Notes: generated by a model not told the origin, from the sequence alone. Shown: positions 10,155-19,886, counted from the first letter of the stretch. The stretch is 64,000 nucleotides of DNA from Polyangiales bacterium (GCA_038231275.1 JBBRLQ010000001.1:640001-704000); one strand, 5' to 3'. Made by a program: numbers and translations.

Positions 10155-11630
10155 TCACTCGACCGCTTCGACGACGACGGCGAGCGAGGTCTTCGGGACC
10201 TCGCCGGTGATCGACGCGAAGACGCCGCCCTGTGCCTGCTTCGCGCACGCGCCCGTTGCGTCGACGGTGTAGTAGCTCGGTAGCGTCTGCGGCGTGGCGT
10301 CGAGCTTCACGATGTTCGTTGCCGCCACGTCCGTGGAGCACGCCGGTCCGGCGGTGACGCGCACCGCGTAGACGGGCGCCGCGGTGCAGCCGGGCGACTG
10401 CGGGACGCCGACCACCTCGGCGCTGCAGGCATCATCGGAGAACGATGGGGTCGCGATCGGCACCGCGTCGCGCGGGACGCAGCGCTTCACGCCGTCGGGA
10501 AAGACGTACGCCCTGCACAGGACGCCGAGCGTCGTATCGAAGAAGACGTCGGGACGCGGCGGCGTGAGCTCGGTGCCATCGGCGGCGGCGAGAATTGGCA
10601 CGGCGAGGCGCCCCAACCCCGTCGTCTGGCTCCGCATGGGCGCGAACGTCGTGGCTGCGACCGGCGCGCCGACTTGGTAAAAGACGTGGTCGCGCTGCAG
10701 CTCGCCGAAGAGCGCCGGCTGCTTCCGCACGAGCGTGCACACCGGGGCGGCGCCCGTGAAGACGTCCGTGATGTCGACGGTGTCGGCCGGCGCGAAAAAC
10801 GACGCGTGCACGTCGCAGCCCTTGAACCCGTACGACACGACGACGCCCGCGGACGGGCACGTCGACGTCGGGCGAACCTGGTAGGCGACGGGCGTGGCGC
10901 ACGCGGGGTCGGCGGCGTACGTGGCCCACGCGACCTCGTTGGGGATGCAGCGATCGTCGCCACCCCCGATGGCGCCTGCGATCGAGAAGCAGCGCCCTTT
11001 GGTCGCGACGTCGTAGAGCCCGCGGTGCTGCTGCGCGCCGTCCTCCGCGACGATGACCTCGACGCCGAGGCGATCGCTCTTCGGCGCGCGCGCGAGCGTG
11101 CCTTTGACGAGATCGGCCGGGTCGATCGGATCCAGCGCGTAGGCGGTGGCGTCCTTTTCGAGCTGCGCGGTGCGGAGGCACCCGCCGCTCGCGCCGGCGC
11201 CGACGTATGCGTGGCTATTGGGCACGTCGACGGCGTCGCCGAGACGGAACGCGCGCGTCACGCCGCCGCACGTCTCCTCGGACAAGACCGTGGTGCTCGC
11301 GAACGCCGGGGGCCCGCTGCCGCCGCACGCGGCGCTGACGACCGCGATCGGTTTTTGACAGAGCTCGTCGAGGAACAGGACCTCGGTCCCGCCTGGGATG
11401 CAGCGCAGCGCGCCGTCCTCGGCCGTCGTGAACGTGCAGTCGACGCCGAGCTTCGTGTCGCACCACCCCACGAGTTGCCGGGCGCCGGGCGCGCTCGATC
11501 GAACGCGCGCGCGGAGGCGGGATCCCGACGCGTACCCGATCGGCGGTCCGGGGACCGGGTTGATCGGCCCCTCGGCGGTGCACGACGAGAGCGCGAGGAC
11601 GACGACGACGGCGGCGGACGCCCTTCGCAT
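10155..11630 (-). CDS. Cys-rich lipoprotein with three internal repeats
   Basis: Lipobox LSSC; three copies of an RL...D...C...RC(I/V)P module. Confidence 0.8.
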   Translation of the reverse strand: MRRASAAVVVVLALSSCTAEGPINPVPGPPIGYASGSRLRARVRSSAPGARQLVGWCDTKLGVDCTFTTAEDGALRCIPGGTEVLFLDELCQKPIAVVSAACGGSGPPAFASTTVLSEETCGGVTRAFRLGDAVDVPNSHAYVGAGASGGCLRTAQLEKDATAYALDPIDPADLVKGTLARAPKSDRLGVEVIVAEDGAQQHRGLYDVATKGRCFSIAGAIGGGDDRCIPNEVAWATYAADPACATPVAYQVRPTSTCPSAGVVVSYGFKGCDVHASFFAPADTVDITDVFTGAAPVCTLVRKQPALFGELQRDHVFYQVGAPVAATTFAPMRSQTTGLGRLAVPILAAADGTELTPPRPDVFFDTTLGVLCRAYVFPDGVKRCVPRDAVPIATPSFSDDACSAEVVGVPQSPGCTAAPVYAVRVTAGPACSTDVAATNIVKLDATPQTLPSYYTVDATGACAKQAQGGVFASITGEVPKTSLAVVVEAVE

Positions 11631-11710
11631 GGGCACGAGCCTACCATGCGCTCCCGGCGGGTGGCTCGGGCTTGACTCAGACCTGAGTTACGGTCATTCC
11701 ATTGGCCGCC

Positions 11711-12964
11711 ATGCGCGCCTTCGTCGTCACCGTGCTCCTCGCCGCCGTCGCGGCCGCGTGCTCGTCGTCGTCCTCCGGCGCAACGGCGTCGTCGGGGGCT
11801 TCCGGGCAGCTGCCGCCCGGCGCTCCTCCCGGCGCGGACGGCGGCGGAGCGAACGGCGGCGACGCGGCGCTCGGGGCCGACGGCGCGCCCGCGCCCGATG
11901 GCGGCACGAACCGCGACGCGGGAGCCGGCGATGCGGGCCCCACCGTCACGACGATCCGCGTCCACTACCCGGCCGGCGCGCACGCGATCGCTCTGCGCGG
12001 CTCGGGCGGATCGCTCACGTGGGACAAGGGCGTCGCCGCGACATCGGGCGCCGACGACACATGGGTCCTCGCGCTCCCGTCCCTCTCGACGCCGATCGAG
12101 CTCAAGCCCCTCCTCGACGACGCGACCTGGTCGCGCGGCCCTAACTACAAGCTCTCCCCCGGCCAGGTGCTCGACCTCTACCCGCACTTCACGGTGCAGC
12201 AGGGCACCTACTCGGTGCACTGGACGAACTTCACGTCGACGGTGCTCCCGAGCACGCGCGGCATCTGGCTCTACGTGCCGCCGACGTACATCGAGAACAC
12301 GCGCGCGCGCATGCCGGTCGTCTACATGCACGACGGCCAGAACCTCTTCGATCCGAGCACGGCGTTCGGCGGCAACGAGTGGAAGGTCGACGAGACGATG
12401 GACGCCGCCGCCGAGGACGGCACGATCCGCGAGGCGATCGTCATCGGCGTGGAGAACACCGCCGATCGCATGAACGAGTACACGATGCCGCCGTCGCCGG
12501 GGAAAGGCGACCAGTACATCAAGATGATCGCCGACGAGATCAAGCCGATGGTCGACGCCGAGCTCCGCACGCTCGCGACGCGCGACGCGACTGCGCTCAT
12601 GGGCTCGTCGCTCGGCGGCCTCATCTCATCGTACGGCGGCGTCTACCGCTCCGACGTCTTCGGCCTGGTCGGCGCAATGAGCCCGTCGACATGGTGGAAT
12701 AGCCGCCAAATCCTCGGCGACGTCGCCGCCATCCCGCAGCAGCCCCAGCGCGCCCTCAAGGTGTACGTGGACAGCGGCGACTCGGGCCCCAGCAACGACG
12801 ACGTCACCAACACCGCCGATCTCGCGAAGGCCTACACGACCGACGGCTACGTCGAGGGCACGACGCTCCACTACGTGGTCCAGCCCGGCGGCCAGCACAA
12901 CGAGACGTACTGGGCGCAGCGCCTCCCCGGCGGGCTCGCGTTCTTGCTCGGCCCCGGTCGCTAG
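11711..12964 (+). CDS. Alpha/beta-hydrolase (putative esterase) lipoprotein with small N-terminal beta domain
   Basis: Lipobox AAAC; VVYMHDGQNLF, GSSLGG nucleophile elbow and HNETYW catalytic His. Confidence 0.9.
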   Translation: MRAFVVTVLLAAVAAACSSSSSGATASSGASGQLPPGAPPGADGGGANGGDAALGADGAPAPDGGTNRDAGAGDAGPTVTTIRVHYPAGAHAIALRGSGGSLTWDKGVAATSGADDTWVLALPSLSTPIELKPLLDDATWSRGPNYKLSPGQVLDLYPHFTVQQGTYSVHWTNFTSTVLPSTRGIWLYVPPTYIENTRARMPVVYMHDGQNLFDPSTAFGGNEWKVDETMDAAAEDGTIREAIVIGVENTADRMNEYTMPPSPGKGDQYIKMIADEIKPMVDAELRTLATRDATALMGSSLGGLISSYGGVYRSDVFGLVGAMSPSTWWNSRQILGDVAAIPQQPQRALKVYVDSGDSGPSNDDVTNTADLAKAYTTDGYVEGTTLHYVVQPGGQHNETYWAQRLPGGLAFLLGPGR

Positions 12965-12965
12965 C

Positions 12966-14633
12966 TCACGGCGTCGCGAAGCACTGCGGGACCTGCGCGC
13001 CGCCGTCGCCCGGCGGGGCGAGGATGGCCTGGTCCTTCGGGTTCGGCCCGGTCTTGTGACAGTACTGGCTGGTCTGGCACTGGGAGCCGATCGAGATCTG
13101 CTGGTTGTCGTCGCAGAGGTACGACGAATAGGCCTGGAGCGTGCTGCAATACCAGCCGGCCTTCTTGAACTGACAGGTGTCGGGATCCGCGCACGTCTTG
13201 GTGGTGCAGTACTCGTCGACCTCGCGCTTGCAGAGCGCGTCCCACCCGCCGTTCGTCTTGTCGCAGCAGAACTGATCGTGCGCGCACACGTCGGCGGTGC
13301 ACTGCTCGCACTGGGTGCCGAGCGGGCCGCCGGGCGTGCACACGTCGTGATCGCACGGCGCGCCGCCGGCGGGAGGAGGCTCGCCGCCGCACGAGCGCAG
13401 GATGTTCGAGCACGGCGCGCACACGCCGTAGCCGTCGACCACCGGCTCGCAATACATGTGCATCTTGTGGTCGTTGGGCCCGAAGATCTTGTCGAGCAAG
13501 ATCGCGGCCGCGATGCTGCCGAGCGGGCCGAACGCGTCGCCGGCGATCTTGGTGATGTCGATGTCCGTGCAGTCCGCATCTTGTTTGCACGGAACGCAGA
13601 TGCCGCAGCTTGCCTTGATGATCGGGATGTTGACGTTCGCGCAGGCGTGCATCGGGTAGAGGAGGCTCGCGTCGTGGATGATGCTGAGCCCGGTGATGTC
13701 GCGGAGCAGCTTGCCGACGTTGATGTTGGCGTTGACGCTCGAGCAGTCCTGGTCGGTCGAGCACGTGTTGGTGACGCTGCTGAACGGCTCCGGCAGCGTG
13801 ACGACGCCCTTGCCGAGGTCGCTGCAGCCGGGCGCGTTGATGGCGCACTGCCCCTTGCCGCCGTTGACCGGGAGGTTGCAGTGCGTCGCGCCGCCTTTGC
13901 AGCCGGCGCAGTCGGTGTCGCTGTTGCAGACCTCGGGCTCGCCGGCCAGGCCGCAGAGCGGGAGGCAGACGCCGTGCTTTGTGTCGCACGTCCCGCCGTT
14001 CGGGCACTTCGACGTCGGCGAGCACTGCGCGCAGCGGTGGTTATTGCACGCGTGCGCTTCTTTGCCGGTCGCGCCGCACTGGCCGCAGTCGCCGTCGACG
14101 GTGCACTGGCCCGGGCACTTGGGGACGCACGTGTCCGCGACGCAGACGTCGGTCGACTGGCAGTTGGTCACGTTCGTCGTCAAGCAGCCGACGCACTTGT
14201 GGGCCCCCGCGTCGCAGACCTTGTGGTGCGGATCGCACGCGGCGCAGTCGGTGTCGGCGTTGCAGCTGATCGTGGGTGTGCCCTTCGCGTCGGCCGCGCA
14301 GGCGACGCCGTTCGGCACGCAGTCGCCGTACTTGGTGCAGTACTGCCCCTGCTTGCACGTGCCGGTCGAGCCCGGCTGACACGCGATGCAGCGGTGCTCG
14401 GCCTGGAGGCACGTCGTACGGCCGCCGGTGCAGTTGCCGCAGTCGCGATCGATGTCGCAGTTGTTGAGGAGACAGATGGTGTCGCCCCCGCCGCCCGCGC
14501 CGTCCTTCCCGCCATCGGCGCCCGTCGTCGGGTCAAAGCCCGGAGAGTCGCCGCTGCTGGAGCACGCGGAGACCGAGGAGATGAGGATGGCGGCGAAGAG
14601 AACAACCGTGAGGGCACACTTTTGAAGCGTCAC
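12966..14633 (-). CDS. Large Cys-rich (disulfide-rich) lipoprotein
   Basis: Inferred GTG start, hydrophobic signal and lipobox VSAC; dozens of Cys in CxxDxDC and CxxC units; C-terminal CxHDVC...CC...WDxxC module. Confidence 0.8.
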   Translation of the reverse strand: MTLQKCALTVVLFAAILISSVSACSSSGDSPGFDPTTGADGGKDGAGGGGDTICLLNNCDIDRDCGNCTGGRTTCLQAEHRCIACQPGSTGTCKQGQYCTKYGDCVPNGVACAADAKGTPTISCNADTDCAACDPHHKVCDAGAHKCVGCLTTNVTNCQSTDVCVADTCVPKCPGQCTVDGDCGQCGATGKEAHACNNHRCAQCSPTSKCPNGGTCDTKHGVCLPLCGLAGEPEVCNSDTDCAGCKGGATHCNLPVNGGKGQCAINAPGCSDLGKGVVTLPEPFSSVTNTCSTDQDCSSVNANINVGKLLRDITGLSIIHDASLLYPMHACANVNIPIIKASCGICVPCKQDADCTDIDITKIAGDAFGPLGSIAAAILLDKIFGPNDHKMHMYCEPVVDGYGVCAPCSNILRSCGGEPPPAGGAPCDHDVCTPGGPLGTQCEQCTADVCAHDQFCCDKTNGGWDALCKREVDEYCTTKTCADPDTCQFKKAGWYCSTLQAYSSYLCDDNQQISIGSQCQTSQYCHKTGPNPKDQAILAPPGDGGAQVPQCFATP

Positions 14634-14791
14634 CCGATGAGAGTGGCAAGAAACCGAGGGGTCGGCCAGTCTCCGGAGCGATTCATTGAAGAGACAGGTG
14701 GGGGCTCGAAGATCCACACGCGCGCTCGAATCGAGACCAACGAGAGACCGCTCGCGTGTGCCGCTCGCGTCGTATCGTAGGGAATCTGTTC

Positions 14792-14817
14792 TGTTTCGTA
14801 CGGCAATGTTTCGTACG
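14792..14817. promoter_or_regulatory. 11-bp direct repeat (TGTTTCGTACG x2) in the divergent promoter region
   Basis: Exact copies at 14792-14802 and 14807-14817. Confidence 0.5.
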
Positions 14818-14877
14818 AGAAAGAATTGGGGCACGCCCGAACAACCGGGGTAGAGTGCCGGCCCTCGGGAGGTTTCC

Positions 14878-15837
14878 ATGGTCATCCGGAACGTCGCGCT
14901 CGTCTCTCTCTTCGCGGTGGCCATGTCGTGCAGCAGCAAGAGCACCGCGCCGGCGCCGTCGGATGGGATCGAGCGCCTGCCCGAGCTGAAGCTGCCGGCT
15001 CCGTCGGCCAACGGGTTCCAGGTCGTGATGCCGATCGTCCGCGGGATTCCCGCGAGCAGCAGCACCGAGATCTGCACGTGGTCGGACAAGATCCTCGACA
15101 CGCCGCTCGACGTGAAGTCAGCGACCGGATTCCAGACCAAGACCGGTCACCACATCATCGTCTACTACACGACCAAGGTCATGCCGGCTGGCACGACCCG
15201 CGCGTGCAAGGACGAGGACATGGCGAGCTTCCGCTACGTCATCGGCACCGGCGGCGAAGGCGCGGCGGCGCTGCTGCCGGCCGATCTCGCTGCCCCCATC
15301 CCGGCGGGCGCGCAGATCGTCTTGAACCACCACTACCTGAACCCCGGGACCACCGCCGTCGACGCGCAGTCCGCCGTCAACGTCGAGATGGTGACGCCCG
15401 GCGCGAAGGTCACGCGGTCCGGCAACGTCGCGTTCCTCGACACGTCGCTGCGCGCGAAGCCCGGGGCGAGCGCAATGGACATCAAGTGCAAGATGGCGAA
15501 AGACCTGCGGCTGTGGGTCATGAGGCCGCACATGCACGAGTGGGGGACCCGCATCACCGTCGACCACGCGAAGGCGAGCGACAGCGCCTCGACGCGCCTC
15601 TTCGATGTCCAGTGGGATCCGGACTTCACCTTCCATCCGCCGGCGGTGGAGCGCGATCCGAACGAGCCCTACCTCCTCAAGGCGGGGGACACCCTGAGCG
15701 TCCACTGCGACTTCAACAACACGACCTCGAACGATCTGACCTTCGGCTTGGAGATGTGCGTCCTGTTCGGTCAGACGGTGGACGTCGACGGGCAGGGAAA
15801 CATCGACTGCGACGGCGGCAGCTGGGGAGCATTCTAG
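14878..15837 (+). CDS. Copper type II ascorbate-dependent monooxygenase-like (PHM/DBH family) lipoprotein 1
   Basis: SD GGAGG; lipobox AMSC; CuH-type GHHII and LNHHY; CuM-type PHMHEWG and EMC. Confidence 0.85.
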   Translation: MVIRNVALVSLFAVAMSCSSKSTAPAPSDGIERLPELKLPAPSANGFQVVMPIVRGIPASSSTEICTWSDKILDTPLDVKSATGFQTKTGHHIIVYYTTKVMPAGTTRACKDEDMASFRYVIGTGGEGAAALLPADLAAPIPAGAQIVLNHHYLNPGTTAVDAQSAVNVEMVTPGAKVTRSGNVAFLDTSLRAKPGASAMDIKCKMAKDLRLWVMRPHMHEWGTRITVDHAKASDSASTRLFDVQWDPDFTFHPPAVERDPNEPYLLKAGDTLSVHCDFNNTTSNDLTFGLEMCVLFGQTVDVDGQGNIDCDGGSWGAF

Positions 15838-15839
15838 AA

Positions 15840-16268
15840 ATGATGAAGACTCGGATCTCGGGAGCGCTGGCGCTCGTCACTCTTCTCGCGACAGCCGCCG
15901 CATGCTCGTCGTCGTCGAGCGGCACCACGACCTCCGGCGGCGACGCGGGCAAGGTCAAGGACACCGGGGTCGACGCCGTGTCGCTCTCCGAGTGCGGTCA
16001 CCCGGGCGACAAGGGAAACGAGCTCGGCGTCGGCAAGTTCTGCCAGACCGTCGCCGACTGCTCGTCCAACAGCAAGGCGACGCTCTGCACCACGATCGCC
16101 GACAACGTGAACTTCTTCTGCACGGCCTCGTGCTCCGCCGGCGGGGCGGCCGACCAGTGCGGGACGGCCGCGTCGTGCGCATGCCAGGGCGGGCAGTGCG
16201 GGTGCCATCCGGACGCGTGCGGCGGCGCGATCGACTCCGGTGCGTCGCAGGACTCCGGCGGGGATTGA
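15840..16268 (+). CDS. Small Cys-rich lipoprotein
   Basis: ATG 2 bp after the upstream stop; lipobox AAAC then SSSSS; 12 further Cys. Confidence 0.8.
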   Translation: MMKTRISGALALVTLLATAAACSSSSSGTTTSGGDAGKVKDTGVDAVSLSECGHPGDKGNELGVGKFCQTVADCSSNSKATLCTTIADNVNFFCTASCSAGGAADQCGTAASCACQGGQCGCHPDACGGAIDSGASQDSGGD

Positions 16269-16320
16269 GTCCCAACCGAGGCTCTCGGGGGCTCGTGGCT
16301 TCGGACGAAAGGCTCACACG

Positions 16321-17199
16321 ATGAAAGCGCTCTTGGCCCTCGCAGTCTCGCTGTTCGCGGGCTCAATGGTCTCGTGCTCGTCGAAGTCGCAGGGGACGAC
16401 CGCGGATACGGCGGCGAACACCCTCGTCATCGCCTCCGACGCGTACACGCTCCAGCCCGGCGAGGAGAAGTACTTCTGCTACGCGACGACGCTCCAGGAG
16501 GACACCGTCTTCAACGGCTTCGCGCCCACGTACGGGAAGGCCACGCATCACATCCTGCTCGCGGAGGCCATCGCCGGCGAGAAGGAGGGCTTCTCGGAGT
16601 GCAACGTGCTGTTCAAGAACACGTGGATTCCGCTCTTCGTCGGCGGCAAAGGCACCACGCCCGTCGCCTTGCCGCAGGGCAGCGGCATGAAGGTGCCGCG
16701 AGGGACGCAGATCCTCCTGCAGCTTCATCTCCAAAATCCCGGCGCGACCGCCGTGACCGACACGACGAGCGTCGCGATGCAGAAGATCGCCGCCAACGAG
16801 TCGTTCACGCCTGCCGGCATCTTCGGGATGGATAACCGCGCGATCGCGGTCGCCCCGAACCAGATGGGCTACTCGACCGAGATGAGCTGCGCCCCCGAGA
16901 GCAAGACGCTCAACGTCTTCTCGACGTTCGCGCACATGCACAAGCATGGGCAGCACATCACCGTGACCCGCAACGACTCCGACGTCGTCTACGACTCGAA
17001 CTGGAACTTCGACTACCAGTCGACCATCGCGAAGACGCTGACGGTCTCGCCGAAGGACAACATCAAGCTGAAGTGCACCTTCGACAACGTCTCGTCGAAG
17101 GCGATTGGGTACGGCGAGAGCTCGGACGACGAGATGTGCGCGTTCGTCTTCTATTACACACCGTTCGACAAGCTCGACGGGTGCATTCGCGACAAGTGA
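16321..17199 (+). CDS. Copper type II ascorbate-dependent monooxygenase-like (PHM/DBH family) lipoprotein 2
   Basis: Lipobox MVSC; ATHHILL, LQLHLQN, AHMHKHG and DEMCAF. Confidence 0.85.
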   Translation: MKALLALAVSLFAGSMVSCSSKSQGTTADTAANTLVIASDAYTLQPGEEKYFCYATTLQEDTVFNGFAPTYGKATHHILLAEAIAGEKEGFSECNVLFKNTWIPLFVGGKGTTPVALPQGSGMKVPRGTQILLQLHLQNPGATAVTDTTSVAMQKIAANESFTPAGIFGMDNRAIAVAPNQMGYSTEMSCAPESKTLNVFSTFAHMHKHGQHITVTRNDSDVVYDSNWNFDYQSTIAKTLTVSPKDNIKLKCTFDNVSSKAIGYGESSDDEMCAFVFYYTPFDKLDGCIRDK

Positions 17200-17266
17200 T
17201 CGCGGCGCCGGATCGTTTGCCGTCTCCGGCTGGTCAAATGCCGGCGGCGGCGCTAGATCCGGCGTG

Positions 17267-18262
17267 ATGCCGCTCTCCCGCTTCGCCCGCTTCACCTGGG
17301 GCGTGCTCGTTTACAACCTCGGCGTGATCGCCTGGGGCGCGTACGTGCGCGCGAGCGGGTCGGGCGCCGGGTGCGGGAGCCATTGGCCGCTGTGCGATGG
17401 GCAGGTCCTCCCGCGTGCAAAGAGCACGCAGCTAATCGTCGAGCTGTCGCACCGCCTCTCCAGCGGCGTCGCGCTCCTCCTCACCGTCGCGCTCGTCGTC
17501 GCGGCGTTTCGTTCGTATCCGAGGGGGAGCCTCGTGCGGCGCGGGGCGGTGGCGACGATGGGCTTCATGCTCGCCGAGGCGCTCGTCGGCGCGGGGCTCG
17601 TGCTGTTCGAGCTCGTCGCGCACGACGCGTCGATGAAGCGCGCGCTGTCGATGTCGATCCACCTCACCAATACGTTCATGCTCCTCGCGGCGATGACGCT
17701 GACGGCGCTCTGGGCGTCGGGTGCGCCGCGCGTACGCGTCAAAGGCCAAGGCCTCGTCGCGTGGCTGATCGGCGGCGCGATGGCGTCGATGTTCGTCCTC
17801 GGCACGAGCGGCGCCATCGCCGCGCTGGGGGACACGCTCTTTCCGTCGCGCTCCTTCGCGGAGGGTCTCGCGGCTGACATGTCGAGCGCCGGCCACGTGT
17901 TCTTGCGGCTTCGCGTGTGGCACCCGTTCATCGCGACGCTCGCGGCGATGCTCGTTCTGGGCGCCGCATACGCCGCGCGCGCGCTCAGGCCCGGCCCGCG
18001 CGTGCGATGGGCGTCGCGTGCGGTGATGATCGCGTTCGGCGCGCAGTACGCGCTGGGCCTCGCGAACGTGATGCTCCTTGCGCCGATCCCGATGCAGCTC
18101 GCGCACCTCGTGATGGCGGATCTCGTCTGGATCTCGCTCGTCGTGCTGGCGGCGACGGCGCTCGCTGAAGCGCCCGATCAGCCGCCCATCATGTCGAGGA
18201 ACGGGCCCGGGCCGAGCAGCGACGTGCCGCCGTCGACGAGCAGCGTCGCGCCCGTCACGTAA
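17267..18262 (+). CDS. ctaA: Heme A synthase (COX15/CtaA family)
   Basis: GSGAGCGSHWPLCDG, ELSHRL, HLTNT, WHPF and AHL motifs; about 8 TM helices. Confidence 0.85.
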   Translation: MPLSRFARFTWGVLVYNLGVIAWGAYVRASGSGAGCGSHWPLCDGQVLPRAKSTQLIVELSHRLSSGVALLLTVALVVAAFRSYPRGSLVRRGAVATMGFMLAEALVGAGLVLFELVAHDASMKRALSMSIHLTNTFMLLAAMTLTALWASGAPRVRVKGQGLVAWLIGGAMASMFVLGTSGAIAALGDTLFPSRSFAEGLAADMSSAGHVFLRLRVWHPFIATLAAMLVLGAAYAARALRPGPRVRWASRAVMIAFGAQYALGLANVMLLAPIPMQLAHLVMADLVWISLVVLAATALAEAPDQPPIMSRNGPGPSSDVPPSTSSVAPVT

Positions 18263-18978
18263 GCGCCCGCCGGCGAGACGAGGAACGTCACCGCTTCGCA
18301 GATCTCTTCGACCGTCCCCCAGCGGCGCAGCGGGACGAGCTTCTTCAGCGTGTCTTCGGCGGCGCCGGGCGGCGCGAGCCGGCTCATTCCTTCTGTTCCT
18401 TCGATGGGCCCCGGCGCCACGGCGTTCACGCGGATGCCCATGCGCGCCCACTCGAGCGCGAGATCGCGGGTGAGCTTCTCGATGCCGGCCTTCGCCGCGC
18501 CGGCGTGGCATTGGAGCGGCGTCGGCACGTCGGCCTGCGTCGCGGTGATGTTGACGATCGATCCGCCTTGCTTGGCGAGGTGCTGGAACGCCGCGCGTGA
18601 TGCGTTGAACGTGCCGCAAAGATCGATGTCGATCACCGTGCGAAACCCGTTCGCCGAGAGCGACGCCGCGGGCGCGAGAAAATTCCCCGCCGCGCTGTTG
18701 ACGAGGATGTCGAGCCGGCCGAACGCGTCCGCGGCGTCGTTCACTGCTTTTTCGAGAGCCGCGTAGTCGCGCACGTCCGCGGGGAACGCGCGCGCCACTC
18801 CGCCGTCGCCCGTGATTTCCTTGGCGATCGCGTCGAGCTTTTCGATTTTGCGACCGAGGAGCGCCACCTTCGCGCCCTGCTTCGCGAGGCGCTTGGCGAT
18901 GCCGGCGCCGATGCCGCTGCCTCCTCCGGTGATGAACGCCGCCTTGCCCGCGAGGAGATTCGAAACGAACACGCTCAT
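18178..18978 (-). CDS. SDR oxidoreductase, 2,4-dienoyl-CoA reductase-like
   Basis: TGGGSGIG, NSAAGNF, HAGAAKAG and VNAVAPGPI. Confidence 0.9.
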   Translation of the reverse strand: MSVFVSNLLAGKAAFITGGGSGIGAGIAKRLAKQGAKVALLGRKIEKLDAIAKEITGDGGVARAFPADVRDYAALEKAVNDAADAFGRLDILVNSAAGNFLAPAASLSANGFRTVIDIDLCGTFNASRAAFQHLAKQGGSIVNITATQADVPTPLQCHAGAAKAGIEKLTRDLALEWARMGIRVNAVAPGPIEGTEGMSRLAPPGAAEDTLKKLVPLRRWGTVEEICEAVTFLVSPAGAYVTGATLLVDGGTSLLGPGPFLDMMGG

Positions 18979-19415
18979 GCGCGGTCTTGTACGCCGGCCG
19001 CCGCGGGAGCGAAAGGCGCCGCGAAGACACGCCGCCAGAGCGGGTAGCTCCAGCAGAGGAAGACGAGGTGGCTCGTCACGAGGCGCACCGCCCAGTACGC
19101 GTGCGCGGTGACGGGCGCGTTGCGGAGGACCAGCTCATAGAGGAGGCCGTTCAGGACGAGCGCGACGATCTCGACGACGGTGTAGCCGACGGCTTGGCGC
19201 GCGAGCGAGCCGTGCGCGGCGCGGAAGGCGAAGTGACGGTTGCCGAGGAAGTTCGCGACGCCGCCGGCGAGGAGCGCGGGGATGCTCGCGGCGCGAGGGT
19301 CCCAATGGAAGACGGAGACGAGGAGCGAGAGGACGGCGAGATCGGTGAGGGTCGCGGCGATGCCCGCGGCGCCGGCACGGAGGAGCTCGAGGAGGCGGGG
19401 GAGGGAAGGCCGCAT
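18975..19415 (-). CDS. GtrA-family membrane protein
   Basis: GIAATLTDL, NFLGNRHFAF and C-terminal YPLWRRVF; 4 TM; ATGA overlap with the SDR gene. Confidence 0.8.
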   Translation of the reverse strand: MRPSLPRLLELLRAGAAGIAATLTDLAVLSLLVSVFHWDPRAASIPALLAGGVANFLGNRHFAFRAAHGSLARQAVGYTVVEIVALVLNGLLYELVLRNAPVTAHAYWAVRLVTSHLVFLCWSYPLWRRVFAAPFAPAAAGVQDRA

Positions 19416-19589
19416 CCTGGGGAGGGGTGCAAGGGCGAGGCCAGATTGTTGAATGGTTCAACCAGTTGCGGCGGGGCGCAAATTCGGGGGTTTGGACGCA
19501 AATGCGTCAGGGAGCAAAGGCGTTTGCGTAGGTGGCTTCGCTTGGCGACAGCGAACGGCGGTTCGCGGTCCGAGCCCGCCCGCTGACGG

Positions 19590-19886
19590 TCAGCGAGGCG
19601 GCCGCCCCGCGCGTGCGTCCTCTTCGGCAACGTCCGCCAGCCCCGCGAGATCCGCCAACCGCAACGGATGAAACGGTGGCCGCGGGGTGATCGGCATCGT
19701 GGCCGAGCCGCCCTTCTCCGTCAGGAGCCGCGCGCACAAGGCGACGCACGACTTGCCCTGGCACCAGCCTGTGCCGAAGCCCGTGTACCGCTTGAGCGAC
19801 TCGAGATCGTCGTGCCCCCGCTCGATCGCGTGCTCCAGCTCCTGGAGCGTCACGTCCTCGCAGCGGCACACGAGCGTCTTGCTCAT
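19590..19886 (-). CDS. BFD-like [2Fe-2S]-binding protein
   Basis: [13 protein letters not shown]...[16 protein letters not shown]...TPRPP; start overlaps the queD stop (ATGA). Confidence 0.85.
   Translation of the reverse strand: MSKTLVCRCEDVTLQELEHAIERGHDDLESLKRYTGFGTGWCQGKSCVALCARLLTEKGGSATMPITPRPPFHPLRLADLAGLADVAEEDARAGRPPR

Noticed and set aside
14634-15140. N-terminal extension of the 724-aa Cys-rich ORF
   Set aside because: It overlaps monooxygenase 1 on the other strand; the signal peptide and lipobox indicate a start near 14633.
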